A stretch of DNA of 64,000 nt from Kiritimatiellia bacterium (GTDB taxonomy: Bacteria > Verrucomicrobiota > Kiritimatiellia > JAAZAB01): the NCBI GenBank assembly GCA_040767085.1, contig JAXGPF010000013.1, positions 1-64,000 of the forward strand, written 5' to 3'. The translations under genes were made by a program, and so were the position numbers. The notes under the pieces were generated by a model. That model was not told the DNA's origin and searched no databases. It saw only the letters and a program-made list of their open reading frames with translations. Shown piece after piece: positions 1 through 9,150 of the stretch; position 1 is the stretch's first letter; each line of letters starts with the position of its first letter.

Positions 1-80
1 GCTTTGATGGAAGTGCCGCTTTGGTACATGTCCACCATCGTTTGCGCTTGCTCTTCGTTGAATTTAGGTTTCTGCGGCAT
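1..80 (-). CDS. 5' part of a gene truncated by the window edge; possible helix-turn-helix protein (MPQKPKFNEEQAQTMVDMYQSGTSIK...)
   Basis: ATG at 80-78 with AGGAG 5 nt upstream and an AT-rich promoter-like tract at ~91-160. The frame stays open to position 1. The pattern PK-F-x-EEQ...MY-x-SG-x-SI resembles the start of resolvase/transposase-type HTH domains. Only 26 codons are visible. Confidence 0.55.
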   Translation of the reverse strand, partial: MPQKPKFNEEQAQTMVDMYQSGTSIK

Positions 81-181
81 AGTTTCTCCTGTTATTGGGG
101 TGTGTATTTACTTATATATGTAATATATATTCTAATTATAAATTTTGCAATTAAAAAATGCGTTCGTGCGCGCGTCTGGAG

Positions 182-314
182 GAGGGGTAAAAGGCAGGAT
201 GCATTCAGTTACGCCAGCGCGGTCCGCGCCTGGACGCCGTTTAGGGAGAAACGGTCCACGGAACGGCCCGCAAAATGCGGGCCCACCCAACTATGCCTGT
301 GATCCTTACCCCTC
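182..314. other. Highly structured ~135-nt intergenic element (candidate ncRNA or MITE/REP-like unit), family unknown
   Basis: Terminal 9-bp inverted repeat GAGGGGTAA (182-190) / TTACCCCTC (306-314) encloses three hairpins at 214-233, 237-254 and 265-283. Confidence 0.45.
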
Positions 315-358
315 TGATTTATTCGCGAAGGTTGCGAAGGCGGAAACTGGCATGGCTG

Positions 359-724
359 TCAACGGCGATCCGGGGCCGTCTCCGTCTCCGCCGCCGGCCA
401 GGAAAAGCCGCATGGTTTATGCGGCGCGATCAGGTTGCGGTCGGCCAGGTCGCGGCGGTCGATCGGGAAGTTTGAGCAGTTCTTGGTCCGGCAGATGTTG
501 TAAATTCGGCAAGCTGGCAGGCCGGCTTGGTCGCGCTTCAGGAACCGGCATCTCACGACCAGTTGACAGCAAGCGCCGCAGCGCCGGCAGGCGCCCTGGC
601 GTTGGGCCAGACTCCGGCGCACGTAATCAAGCCGGAACACGTTCAGGAAAAAACGCCGGGGCGTTCCCCGGAGCAGGCGCAGGCGCGTACTCAAAGACTG
701 GCGGTCGAAATTTAAAGAATCCAT
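359..724 (-). CDS. Small cysteine-cluster protein (CxxCxxCC, YkgJ-like zinc/iron-chelating)
   Basis: GACRRCGACC motif followed by CRFL, CRIY and CSNFP, the usual spacing of the CxxCxxCC family. Confidence 0.7.
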   Translation of the reverse strand: MDSLNFDRQSLSTRLRLLRGTPRRFFLNVFRLDYVRRSLAQRQGACRRCGACCQLVVRCRFLKRDQAGLPACRIYNICRTKNCSNFPIDRRDLADRNLIAPHKPCGFSWPAAETETAPDRR

Positions 725-845
725 ATGGTTGAACCGCTTTCCAGGATAAACTTGTTTTTAAACGCGGCCTGATTGTCAGGATTTTGAATTTATTTGTCAA
801 GAATTCCGTCAAAATCGGACGCGATTGCATTGGGCATGACGCCGG

Positions 846-3113
846 TTAATGCGCGGGCCGGTGAAACCAATGCCGCCGGCGCGCGTGGCGCTGGTCGGTT
901 TGCGTCAACACCGCGTGCATTTCTCCGGCGGTGCGGCAGGCCAGGAGTTGCTGGCGGCCATTTTCATCGAGAATCTGGCTGATGCTGGACATGAACTGCA
1001 CGTGCGGCGCGGCGGTCATTGCCGGAGATAACGTTAGAATGACGATGCGGGTGGGCTGTCCATCGATCGAATCGAAAGCCACTCCGTCGCGTTTCAGACC
1101 GATGGCGCATACCAGGCGGTTGACGCCCGAAGTGCGGCCATGCGGGATGGCGAGGCCGTGTTGCATGCCGGTGGACATGACTTGTTCGCGCTGAAACACG
1201 GACTGCCGGGCGGCGTCCGTGTCGTCGATCAGTCCCTGTCGGTTGAGCAGTTCCAGCAGTTCTTCGATCACGGCCTGCTTGGTGCTGCCTTGCAAGCGCG
1301 GTTGCAGGGCGCCGGCGTCGAGAAACCGCAGCATGGCTGAGCGCAGGCTGAATCCCTGGACCGGGGCTTGCACGGTCTTGGCGATGGCATCATGGTCAAT
1401 GGGCGTCCGCAGTTCCCGGATGGTTTGTTCCAATTCGGCCAGGACCTCGTACATCGCGGTATTGACAAAGGGAATGTCGGCGGGCGGGCAGTCGAAACTG
1501 ATACTGTCCGGGCCGGCGGTCATACTGATGACGGTATGGCCCTTGCGGATTTGATAAATCTGATCGTCATGGCTGAGCGTATGCACGAAAAATCCTTCCG
1601 CCTCGAAAATTTCCATCAGGCGGTCCGCCAGCAAGTTTACCGTGCGGGACGAGGGGAAACGAAACACGACCGGCTTGGCGGCGGCCGGCTGGCCGGCGCT
1701 TTCCCGCAAGCCGGCGGCGGGATTGCGGAAAAGACCGACGAGAAGCGGCGGAGCCGCGAGCGTGGTCACCAGGGTCATCAGCACGCTGACGCCGAAGACT
1801 TCGGGCGTCAGCAGGCCGGCCGCCAAGCCAATGCCGGAGATGATCAGGGCGACTTCACCGCGCGGTAGCATGCCGCAGCCGACCCGCAAGGCGCCGCGCA
1901 GGTTGAACTGGCAGGCCAGGGCCGGCAAGGCGCAGCCGAGGACCTTGGCAATGACGGCAATCAAGGTGTAGACTGCGCCGAAAAGGAGGACGTTGCGCGA
2001 CCCCAGCAGGCGCAGGTTGACCAGCATGCCCATGCCGGTGAAGAATACCGGGACCAGCAGGGCGTAGATGGGCTCGAGTTTTTCGCGGATGACATGGGCC
2101 ACGTCGGCCTTGGAAAGCGACAGGCCCATGACGTAGGCGCCGACGATCATGGCCAGGCCCGCTTCCTCGAAAAGCCCGGCCAGCAGGAGCGCCAGCCCCA
2201 GCGCCATACTGGCGATGGCGGACCGTTCACGGAAGGTTTTGAGCAGGAAACTGATTTTGTGCGCCGCCAGCAGGCCGACAACCGTTGCGGCCAGCCAGAT
2301 GCCGATGGCCTTGGCGGCAATCAAGCCGATGTGCGCCCAGTTAACGCTGCCGGAATGTTTCAAGCCGCCGATGACGCCCAGGCCGATGGCCAGCAGGATG
2401 ATTCCCAGAACGTCGTCAATCACCGCGCCGGCCAGGATGGTGACGCCTTCCGGCGAATCAAGTTTGCGCTGGTCCGAGAGCACGCGCGCGGTGATGCCGA
2501 CGGAGGTGGCGGTGGAGATGATCCCGAGGAACAGGCAGGCCGGACTGAAAAATCCCAGTTGCCGGCCGAACAGCATCGGGGAGAAAAACACACCGGTCAG
2601 GTTGCCGAGCAGGAAGGAAGCGACGACGCCGCCCAGGCCCACCAGGCTGCCGGCGATCGAGTAGCGCAGAAACAATTTGATGTCGGTTTCCAACCCGGTC
2701 ATGAACAGCAGGATGATGGCCGCCAGCGAGCAGATGCCGTAAAGTTCCGGCGAGACGGGAAACCGGTCGTGCATGGGAAAGAGACCCTGCGGCAGCAGGC
2801 CGGGCAGCGGCAGGGCGCCCAGCAGGTAAGGGCCGATCACCAACCCGGCGCACAGTTCGCCAAGGACCCCCGGCAATTTGAGTTTTTCGAAGATCATGTT
2901 GCCGATTTTAGCGGCGAAGAGAATGGCGCCCAGCTGCATGATCAACATCATCATGCGGTGCGTCATGCCGCCGCCGGCCGCCGGGGTGCCGGCCGCCGCC
3001 GGGGCGCCGGCCGCCGCCGGGGCGCCGGCCGTATCGGCGAGCGCCAGGGTGGCGCCTGCGCCCAGGATAAACAACAAGACAGCGGCGCGTTTCAATCCGG
3101 ATGGAATCTTCAT
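846..3113 (-). CDS. Cation:proton antiporter (CPA2/KefB-NapA type) fused to a C-terminal PTS EIIA (Fru/Ntr-type) domain
   Basis: Many transmembrane segments with LLFMTGLETD, ATSVGIT, GAVIDDVLG and GMLPRGEVALI motifs. The C-terminus has REQVMSTGMQHGLAIPHGR and FDSIDGQP. Start placed at MKIPSG (3113). Confidence 0.9.
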   Translation of the reverse strand: MKIPSGLKRAAVLLFILGAGATLALADTAGAPAAAGAPAAAGTPAAGGGMTHRMMMLIMQLGAILFAAKIGNMIFEKLKLPGVLGELCAGLVIGPYLLGALPLPGLLPQGLFPMHDRFPVSPELYGICSLAAIILLFMTGLETDIKLFLRYSIAGSLVGLGGVVASFLLGNLTGVFFSPMLFGRQLGFFSPACLFLGIISTATSVGITARVLSDQRKLDSPEGVTILAGAVIDDVLGIILLAIGLGVIGGLKHSGSVNWAHIGLIAAKAIGIWLAATVVGLLAAHKISFLLKTFRERSAIASMALGLALLLAGLFEEAGLAMIVGAYVMGLSLSKADVAHVIREKLEPIYALLVPVFFTGMGMLVNLRLLGSRNVLLFGAVYTLIAVIAKVLGCALPALACQFNLRGALRVGCGMLPRGEVALIISGIGLAAGLLTPEVFGVSVLMTLVTTLAAPPLLVGLFRNPAAGLRESAGQPAAAKPVVFRFPSSRTVNLLADRLMEIFEAEGFFVHTLSHDDQIYQIRKGHTVISMTAGPDSISFDCPPADIPFVNTAMYEVLAELEQTIRELRTPIDHDAIAKTVQAPVQGFSLRSAMLRFLDAGALQPRLQGSTKQAVIEELLELLNRQGLIDDTDAARQSVFQREQVMSTGMQHGLAIPHGRTSGVNRLVCAIGLKRDGVAFDSIDGQPTRIVILTLSPAMTAAPHVQFMSSISQILDENGRQQLLACRTAGEMHAVLTQTDQRHARRRHWFHRPAH
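2978..3031. repeat. 3 x 18-bp tandem repeat encoding (AGAPAA)n in the antiporter N-terminus
   Basis: CCGCCGGGG(C/T)GCCGGCCG at 2978-2995, 2996-3013 and 3014-3031. Confidence 0.85.
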
Positions 3114-3256
3114 ATTAAAACATGCCTTTGAGGATTTTTGGGCAAACGGCGGGGACTTTCCACAAACCCCGTCAATTTGCAAGATAATTTTTTTATGGCC
3201 AAGGCGCGGTCTTTCCGGCATAATTTCGGGCAGTCAAAAAAACCGGATGACGCGCC

Positions 3257-3826
3257 ATGCAATTTAATATCTGTACCTACGGCAACCCGGTCTTGCGCGC
3301 CCAAGCGCAGCCGATCGCATTGCCCGACGCCGGGATCGGCAGCCTCTCGCAGGACATGCTGGCGGCGATGAACGTCAAGCGCGGCGTGGGATTGGCGGCC
3401 CCGCAAGTGGGAGTCAGCCGGCAGATTTGCGTGGTGAGTTTCGATCCGAAACTGGACGCCGCCGCCCCCGATGGCCCGCGCCTGAACCCGGCCGTGGTGT
3501 TTCCGCTGGTGTTGATCAATCCGGTCATTACCGCCAGGGCCGGCCGGCAGACGGACCAGGAAGGCTGCTTGAGCGTGCCGGATATCTGGGCGCCGGTGAC
3601 GCGCGCGCAGCAGATCACCGTGGAATATGACGACCTGGCCGGCGTCCGCCGCGAGTTGCTGGCCCGGGGCTTCCTGGCGCGGGTGATCCAGCATGAGCTG
3701 GATCACCTGCAGGGCGTGTTGTTTGTTGACCGGGTGTCGCCCGTGCGGAAGGTAGCGCTGGCCGGCGAGTTGAAACGCATGCGGCGCAAAGCGCTGGCGG
3801 ATCAGCCGGACAGAAAGCAGGCTTGA
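3257..3826 (+). CDS. def: Peptide deformylase
   Basis: GVGLAAPQ, EGCLS and QHELDHL motifs. Confidence 0.97.
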   Translation: MQFNICTYGNPVLRAQAQPIALPDAGIGSLSQDMLAAMNVKRGVGLAAPQVGVSRQICVVSFDPKLDAAAPDGPRLNPAVVFPLVLINPVITARAGRQTDQEGCLSVPDIWAPVTRAQQITVEYDDLAGVRRELLARGFLARVIQHELDHLQGVLFVDRVSPVRKVALAGELKRMRRKALADQPDRKQA

Positions 3827-3933
3827 GAAGGCGCCCGCCGCGCGCGGCTTGAATCTGGGGCGGCGGGATGCCGCCGGATGCGAAAGCTTATGACGGCAGG
3901 CAGTTCATCGCAGGTTGACATGGAGGCGCACAG

Positions 3934-5028
3934 ATGTTGATCAAGGCTGAAAAATTCAACGGACGGCAGGCCTGGCGTTTGTCCAACGGCCAGGTGGACC
4001 TGGTAACGCTGGCCGGCGGGGGGCATATTGCCGGCGTATTTCTGCGGGGCGGCCCGAAAGTCAATCCCTACTGGCAGCCCAAGTGGCGGACCATCGAGCC
4101 GTGGCAATATCGCGCCGCCATGGCGGACAAGTATGGCGCCAAGCTTTTGGCTTGCATATCCGGCCATAATGTCTGCCTGGGCGTCTTCGGCGGTCCGTCG
4201 CCGGACGAAGCGCGCGCCGGCGGCCCGGGCTGCCATGGCGAGGCGCCGATCGTCCGCTGGCGGGTGTTGGGCCGGCAATGTTCCGCCCGCCGCCTGACGT
4301 TTACTTACGGCTGCGAATTGCCGGTGGCGCGGATGGCTTTGCGTCGGACGCTGACCATGCTGGCCGGATCGTGCGTGGTCGGCGTGCGCGAGGTGGTGGA
4401 AAACCTGGCGCCCTGCGACGTGCCTTTCACCATGTGCCAGCATGTGTCATTCAGCGCGCCCTTCGTCGAGCCGGGCGCGACGGTGTTTGACCTGGCGGGC
4501 AGCCGGGCGCATACCTTCCCGGGCATTTTTGGCAAATCCCAGCGCTTGCGGCCGGACACGGCCTTTACCTGGCCGGACGGGCCGGGCGCGCGCGGGAAGG
4601 TGGATTTGCGGACCATGGGCCGCGGCCGCAATAGCGATTTTTATACCATCCTGATGCATGCCCGCCCCGCGCAGACCTGGTTCAGCGCCATGCATCCCGG
4701 GCAGGGCATGCTGGTAGCTTACGCCTGGCGTCCGGCGGATTATCCCTGGACGGGCGTTTGGGAGGAAAACCGCGCCCGCACGGCGCCGCCCTGGAACGGA
4801 CGCGAAGTGACGCGCGGCATGGAATTTGCGAACGCGCCTTTCCCGATGAGCCTGCGGGAAGCCGTGACCATGGGCCGATTCCAGGGGCAGCCCGCGTATC
4901 GCTGGCTGCCGGCGCGGGGCAGCGCAACTTTTGAGTATGCCATTATCGTCCGGCGCGTCGAGCCCGGGGCGCGCGGCGTGGCGGATGTCCGCACGGATGG
5001 CGCCGCCGCGGAAGTCAGCTTGATCTAA
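3934..5028 (+). CDS. Hypothetical protein, possibly galactose-mutarotase/aldose-epimerase-like beta-sandwich
   Basis: 364-aa ORF with GGAGG RBS. LSNG..DLV..GGHIA start, HGEA motif and a distal GMEF resemble the mutarotase-like fold. Function not assignable. Confidence 0.6.
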   Translation: MLIKAEKFNGRQAWRLSNGQVDLVTLAGGGHIAGVFLRGGPKVNPYWQPKWRTIEPWQYRAAMADKYGAKLLACISGHNVCLGVFGGPSPDEARAGGPGCHGEAPIVRWRVLGRQCSARRLTFTYGCELPVARMALRRTLTMLAGSCVVGVREVVENLAPCDVPFTMCQHVSFSAPFVEPGATVFDLAGSRAHTFPGIFGKSQRLRPDTAFTWPDGPGARGKVDLRTMGRGRNSDFYTILMHARPAQTWFSAMHPGQGMLVAYAWRPADYPWTGVWEENRARTAPPWNGREVTRGMEFANAPFPMSLREAVTMGRFQGQPAYRWLPARGSATFEYAIIVRRVEPGARGVADVRTDGAAAEVSLI

Positions 5029-5285
5029 AGCGTAAGGTGCGGCGGGCTGATCCGGGTAACCTGCCGGCGGCGGCCGGGCTGCTTTTCTTCCGGAGCGTTA
5101 TCAAGCTTGTGGTACGCCCAGTGCTGCAGCAGCGCGAACACCAGCATCATTATCGCCGCGGAGTACTTGATGGCGGTGGGCAGGGTGGTGGACCAGGCGG
5201 CGCCGCACACAATCAGCCACAAGGCGGCATGGGCGTCAATCGCGGTTAAAAGGTTCCGCTTCCTTTTAAAGTCCTGCAAGTTCAC
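5025..5285 (-). CDS. Small two-TM hypothetical membrane protein (~86 aa)
   Basis: GTG start with AAGGA upstream. Two hydrophobic segments (AALWLIVCGAAW, YSAAIMMLVFALLQHW). Fills the gap between the flanking genes. Confidence 0.55.
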   Translation of the reverse strand: MNLQDFKRKRNLLTAIDAHAALWLIVCGAAWSTTLPTAIKYSAAIMMLVFALLQHWAYHKLDNAPEEKQPGRRRQVTRISPPHLTL

Positions 5286-5477
5286 GACAAAATCCTTGGC
5301 AACCGCCGGGCTTCGGCTGGTGCAGTGTTGCAGCCGTTTGGCCGGGAAATCACCGGTGTCCGCAGGTCTGCTGTATAACCTACAACTTGTACCAAACCGG
5401 CCAGGCTGGCTCAAGCGAAAAATTTTTTAGTGAAAAATTTTTAAGATTAGAGACCCGGGGCGGGCTGGGCCGCCGGA

Positions 5478-6476
5478 TTATATGATTATGCTCAGGCGGG
5501 CGAACTCCGCGCGCAAATCCTCCAGGTTGCGGGTTTGCAGCAGGGCCAGCATGTTGGCGCGCGGGATGTGAAAAGTGCGGGCGTATTGCGGTATCCAGCG
5601 GCGGAACAGCAAGGGCGCGATGCGTGCGCCGTGCAACTCCATCAGCCGGCGGAAATGCTCCGCCAGGAACATCCGGCGGTCGGTATCCGCCGGTTCCGGC
5701 GGCGGCGCGGCGCCAGCCAGCGCCGCGGCGCAGGCGCGGATCAGCCAGGGATTATGCAGGGCGGCGCGGCCGATCATGACGCCGGCGCAACCGGTTTCGG
5801 CACGCATGGCGAGCGCGGCTTCCGGGGCGCAGATGTCGCCGTTGGCGATGACAGGCAGACGCGGCACGACAGCGACAATCCGACGGATGGCGGCGCGGTC
5901 GGCGCGGCCGGTGTACCCCTGGGCGCCGGTGCGGCCGTGGATGGCCAGGGCCGCCAGGCCGGCTTGTTCCAGCGCCGGCGCCAGGCGCAGGGTGGTTTCG
6001 TCATCCGTGCTCCAGCCCAGCCGCAGCTTGGCGGTGACGGGCACGCGCACAGCGGCGGCGACGCGGCGCGCGATGGCCAGGGCGAGCGCGGGCGACTGCA
6101 GCAGGCCGGCGCCGGCGCCCCGCCTGGCGATTTTGCGCTTGGGGCAGCCCATGTTGATATCCAGCAGAGCCGCCCCGCGCTGGGCTACCAACCATTGGGC
6201 CGCCTCGGCCATCAGTTCCGGGTCGGTGCCGTAAAGCTGCCAGGCAAGCGGGGCGTCGTCCGGGGCGTGCGCCAGCAAGGCCTGGCGTTTCTGGCCGCCG
6301 CCGCGCAGGATGCTGTGGGGTTCGACCATTTCGCTGTAAGCCAGGAAAGCTTGCGGGGTGACGGCGCGCAGCGACTGGCGGAACGGGCGATCGGTATAGC
6401 CGGCCATGGGCGCCAGCACCGCCGCCGTTTCCAGGCGCAGCGGTCCGATTTGCAGGGCTGGTCGGGATTCGGGCAT
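5478..6476 (-). CDS. dusB: tRNA-dihydrouridine synthase (DusB-like)
   Basis: LAPMAGYTD, DINMGCP, PVTAKLRLGW, IHGRT, ANGDI and GVMIGRAA motifs. Confidence 0.92.
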   Translation of the reverse strand: MPESRPALQIGPLRLETAAVLAPMAGYTDRPFRQSLRAVTPQAFLAYSEMVEPHSILRGGGQKRQALLAHAPDDAPLAWQLYGTDPELMAEAAQWLVAQRGAALLDINMGCPKRKIARRGAGAGLLQSPALALAIARRVAAAVRVPVTAKLRLGWSTDDETTLRLAPALEQAGLAALAIHGRTGAQGYTGRADRAAIRRIVAVVPRLPVIANGDICAPEAALAMRAETGCAGVMIGRAALHNPWLIRACAAALAGAAPPPEPADTDRRMFLAEHFRRLMELHGARIAPLLFRRWIPQYARTFHIPRANMLALLQTRNLEDLRAEFARLSIII

Positions 6477-6586
6477 GGCGGGCAATTATAGGCAGCGCGC
6501 GCGGGATTGCAAGCCGCCGCCCGGGAGGTCGGGCCGGCGGATGCCAGACCGGCGCGGGGCCGCGCAATTTTTTTTTTAAAAACATG

Positions 6587-6614
6587 TTGACACGCCGCCG
6601 ATTTTTGCTAGTCT
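6587..6614 (+). promoter_or_regulatory. Sigma70-type promoter of the tRNA-Thr/tuf supercluster
   Basis: TTGACA (6587-6592), 16-nt spacer, TG-c-TAGTCT (6609-6614), with upstream T/A tracts resembling an UP element. Confidence 0.65.
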
Positions 6615-6699
6615 GCCAACTTTACTGCTTACAGGTAACTGCCAAGCGGCGGTGGCGATTATAAGCGGGAAGGGTTGGCCCTGCTTGGGATGTGGTAAA

Positions 6700-6775
6700 G
6701 CCCACGTAGCTCAGTTGGCAGAGCACATCCTTGGTAAGGATGAGGTCAACGGTTCAATCCCGTTCGTGGGCTCCA
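6700..6775 (+). tRNA. tRNA-Thr(GGT)
   Basis: GCCCACG/CGTGGGC acceptor stem, anticodon arm CATCC-TT-GGT-AA-GGATG, GGTTCAATCC T arm, encoded CCA. Confidence 0.97.
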
Positions 6776-6832
6776 TTTCTAGGTTGAGTGGCAACAGGCT
6801 GTAACAGTCGGGCAAATCGAAGGAGAGGCATC

Positions 6833-8041
<1,209 letters not shown>

Positions 8042-8089
8042 AACTGCGCCGGCAGGCGCGGCGGTTGGATTTAAACGGGGTGATGAGCC

Positions 8090-8242
8090 ATGGCGCGGGA
8101 ACTGATTACGCTGGCGTGCACGGAATGCAAGCGCCGGAATTACATGTCCACCAAGGATAAGCGGCGGACGCCGGACCGGTTGGAATTGAAGAAGTACTGC
8201 CGCTTTGAACGGAAACGGACATTGCACCGCGAGACCCGTTGA
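8090..8242 (+). CDS. rpmG: 50S ribosomal protein L33
   Basis: Not in the ORF track (50 aa). Translates as [50 protein letters not shown]. Canonical position. Confidence 0.96.
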   Translation: MARELITLACTECKRRNYMSTKDKRRTPDRLELKKYCRFERKRTLHRETR

Positions 8243-8262
8243 GCCTGACCGGTGTTTTTTGA

Positions 8263-8338
8263 AGGCCAGTAGCTCAATTGGCAGAGTACCGGTCTCCAAA
8301 ACCGGGTGTTGGGGGTTCAAGTCCCTCCTGGCCTGCCA
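8263..8338 (+). tRNA. tRNA-Trp(CCA)
   Basis: AGGCCAG/CTGGCCT acceptor stem, anticodon loop CT-CCA-AA, GGTTCAAGTCC, CCA end. Lies between rpmG and secE. Confidence 0.97.
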
Positions 8339-8374
8339 TTTGCGAGGGGGAAACCGGGGCGGTTGCGAGGTGAA

Positions 8375-8575
8375 ATGAGCAAGTTGCGCGAATTGATCAT
8401 GCGGATGGCGTCGTTTTTCAGCGACGTCGCGGCGGAACTGCGCAAGTCCACGTGGCCGACGCGACCGGAGTTGCTCGATTCCACTTTGGTGGTGATTTTA
8501 TCCGTGATTGCGCTGGCGGTCTTTGTCGGGATAAGCGACCTGGTGCTGATGAAGTTCCTGGAACTGATTTTGTGA
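8375..8575 (+). CDS. secE: Preprotein translocase subunit SecE
   Basis: ELRKSTWPT motif plus a single TM segment. GAGG RBS. Upstream of nusG. Confidence 0.93.
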   Translation: MSKLRELIMRMASFFSDVAAELRKSTWPTRPELLDSTLVVILSVIALAVFVGISDLVLMKFLELIL

Positions 8576-8601
8576 TTTGACGGCGGACGCTGGAGTAAAT
8601 C

Positions 8602-9150
8602 ATGGAAAAGCAGTGGTTTGTGGTGCATACACTGACCGGCAAGGAAACGCGCGTCAAGGAAAGCCTGGAACGCCGGGCGGTCACCGAGGAAATGGGCGAC
8701 CTGGTGGGTGAAGTTTCCATTCCCTCGGAGAAGGTGTCCGAGGTAAAAAAGGGGCGGAAAACCACGGTCACCCGGATGTTTTACCCGGGCTATGTGCTGG
8801 TGCAGATTGCGCTGTATAAGCCCGAGGGCGGGTTAAACGAGCGCACCTGGTATTTTGTGCGGGACACGCCCGGGGTCATCGGTTTTGCCGGCGGGGAGAA
8901 GCCGGTGCCGCTGCGTCCGCAGGAAGTGGACGCGATCTTGCACCAGATTGAAGATAAGAAGGAGAAGGTCAAGCCCAAGGTTGATTTTGCGGTGGGCGAA
9001 ACCGTCAAGATCAACGACGGACCGTTTCTTAATTTCAGCGGCGTGATCGGCGAAGTGGATCCGGAGCGCGGCAAGTTGCGGGTTTCGGTGGCCATTTTCG
9101 GCCGCACGGCGCCGGTGGAATTGGAATACTGGCAGGTGGAGCGGGTTTGA
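8602..9150 (+). CDS. nusG: Transcription termination/antitermination factor NusG
   Basis: QWFVVHT, FYPGYVLV, KOW motif and IFGRTAPVELEY. Confidence 0.98.
   Translation: MEKQWFVVHTLTGKETRVKESLERRAVTEEMGDLVGEVSIPSEKVSEVKKGRKTTVTRMFYPGYVLVQIALYKPEGGLNERTWYFVRDTPGVIGFAGGEKPVPLRPQEVDAILHQIEDKKEKVKPKVDFAVGETVKINDGPFLNFSGVIGEVDPERGKLRVSVAIFGRTAPVELEYWQVERV

Noticed and set aside
145..732. 195-aa plus-strand ORF
   Set aside because: Low-complexity Gly/Arg/Pro translation, antisense to the CxxCxxCC gene, with a TTG start and no RBS. Likely a shadow ORF.
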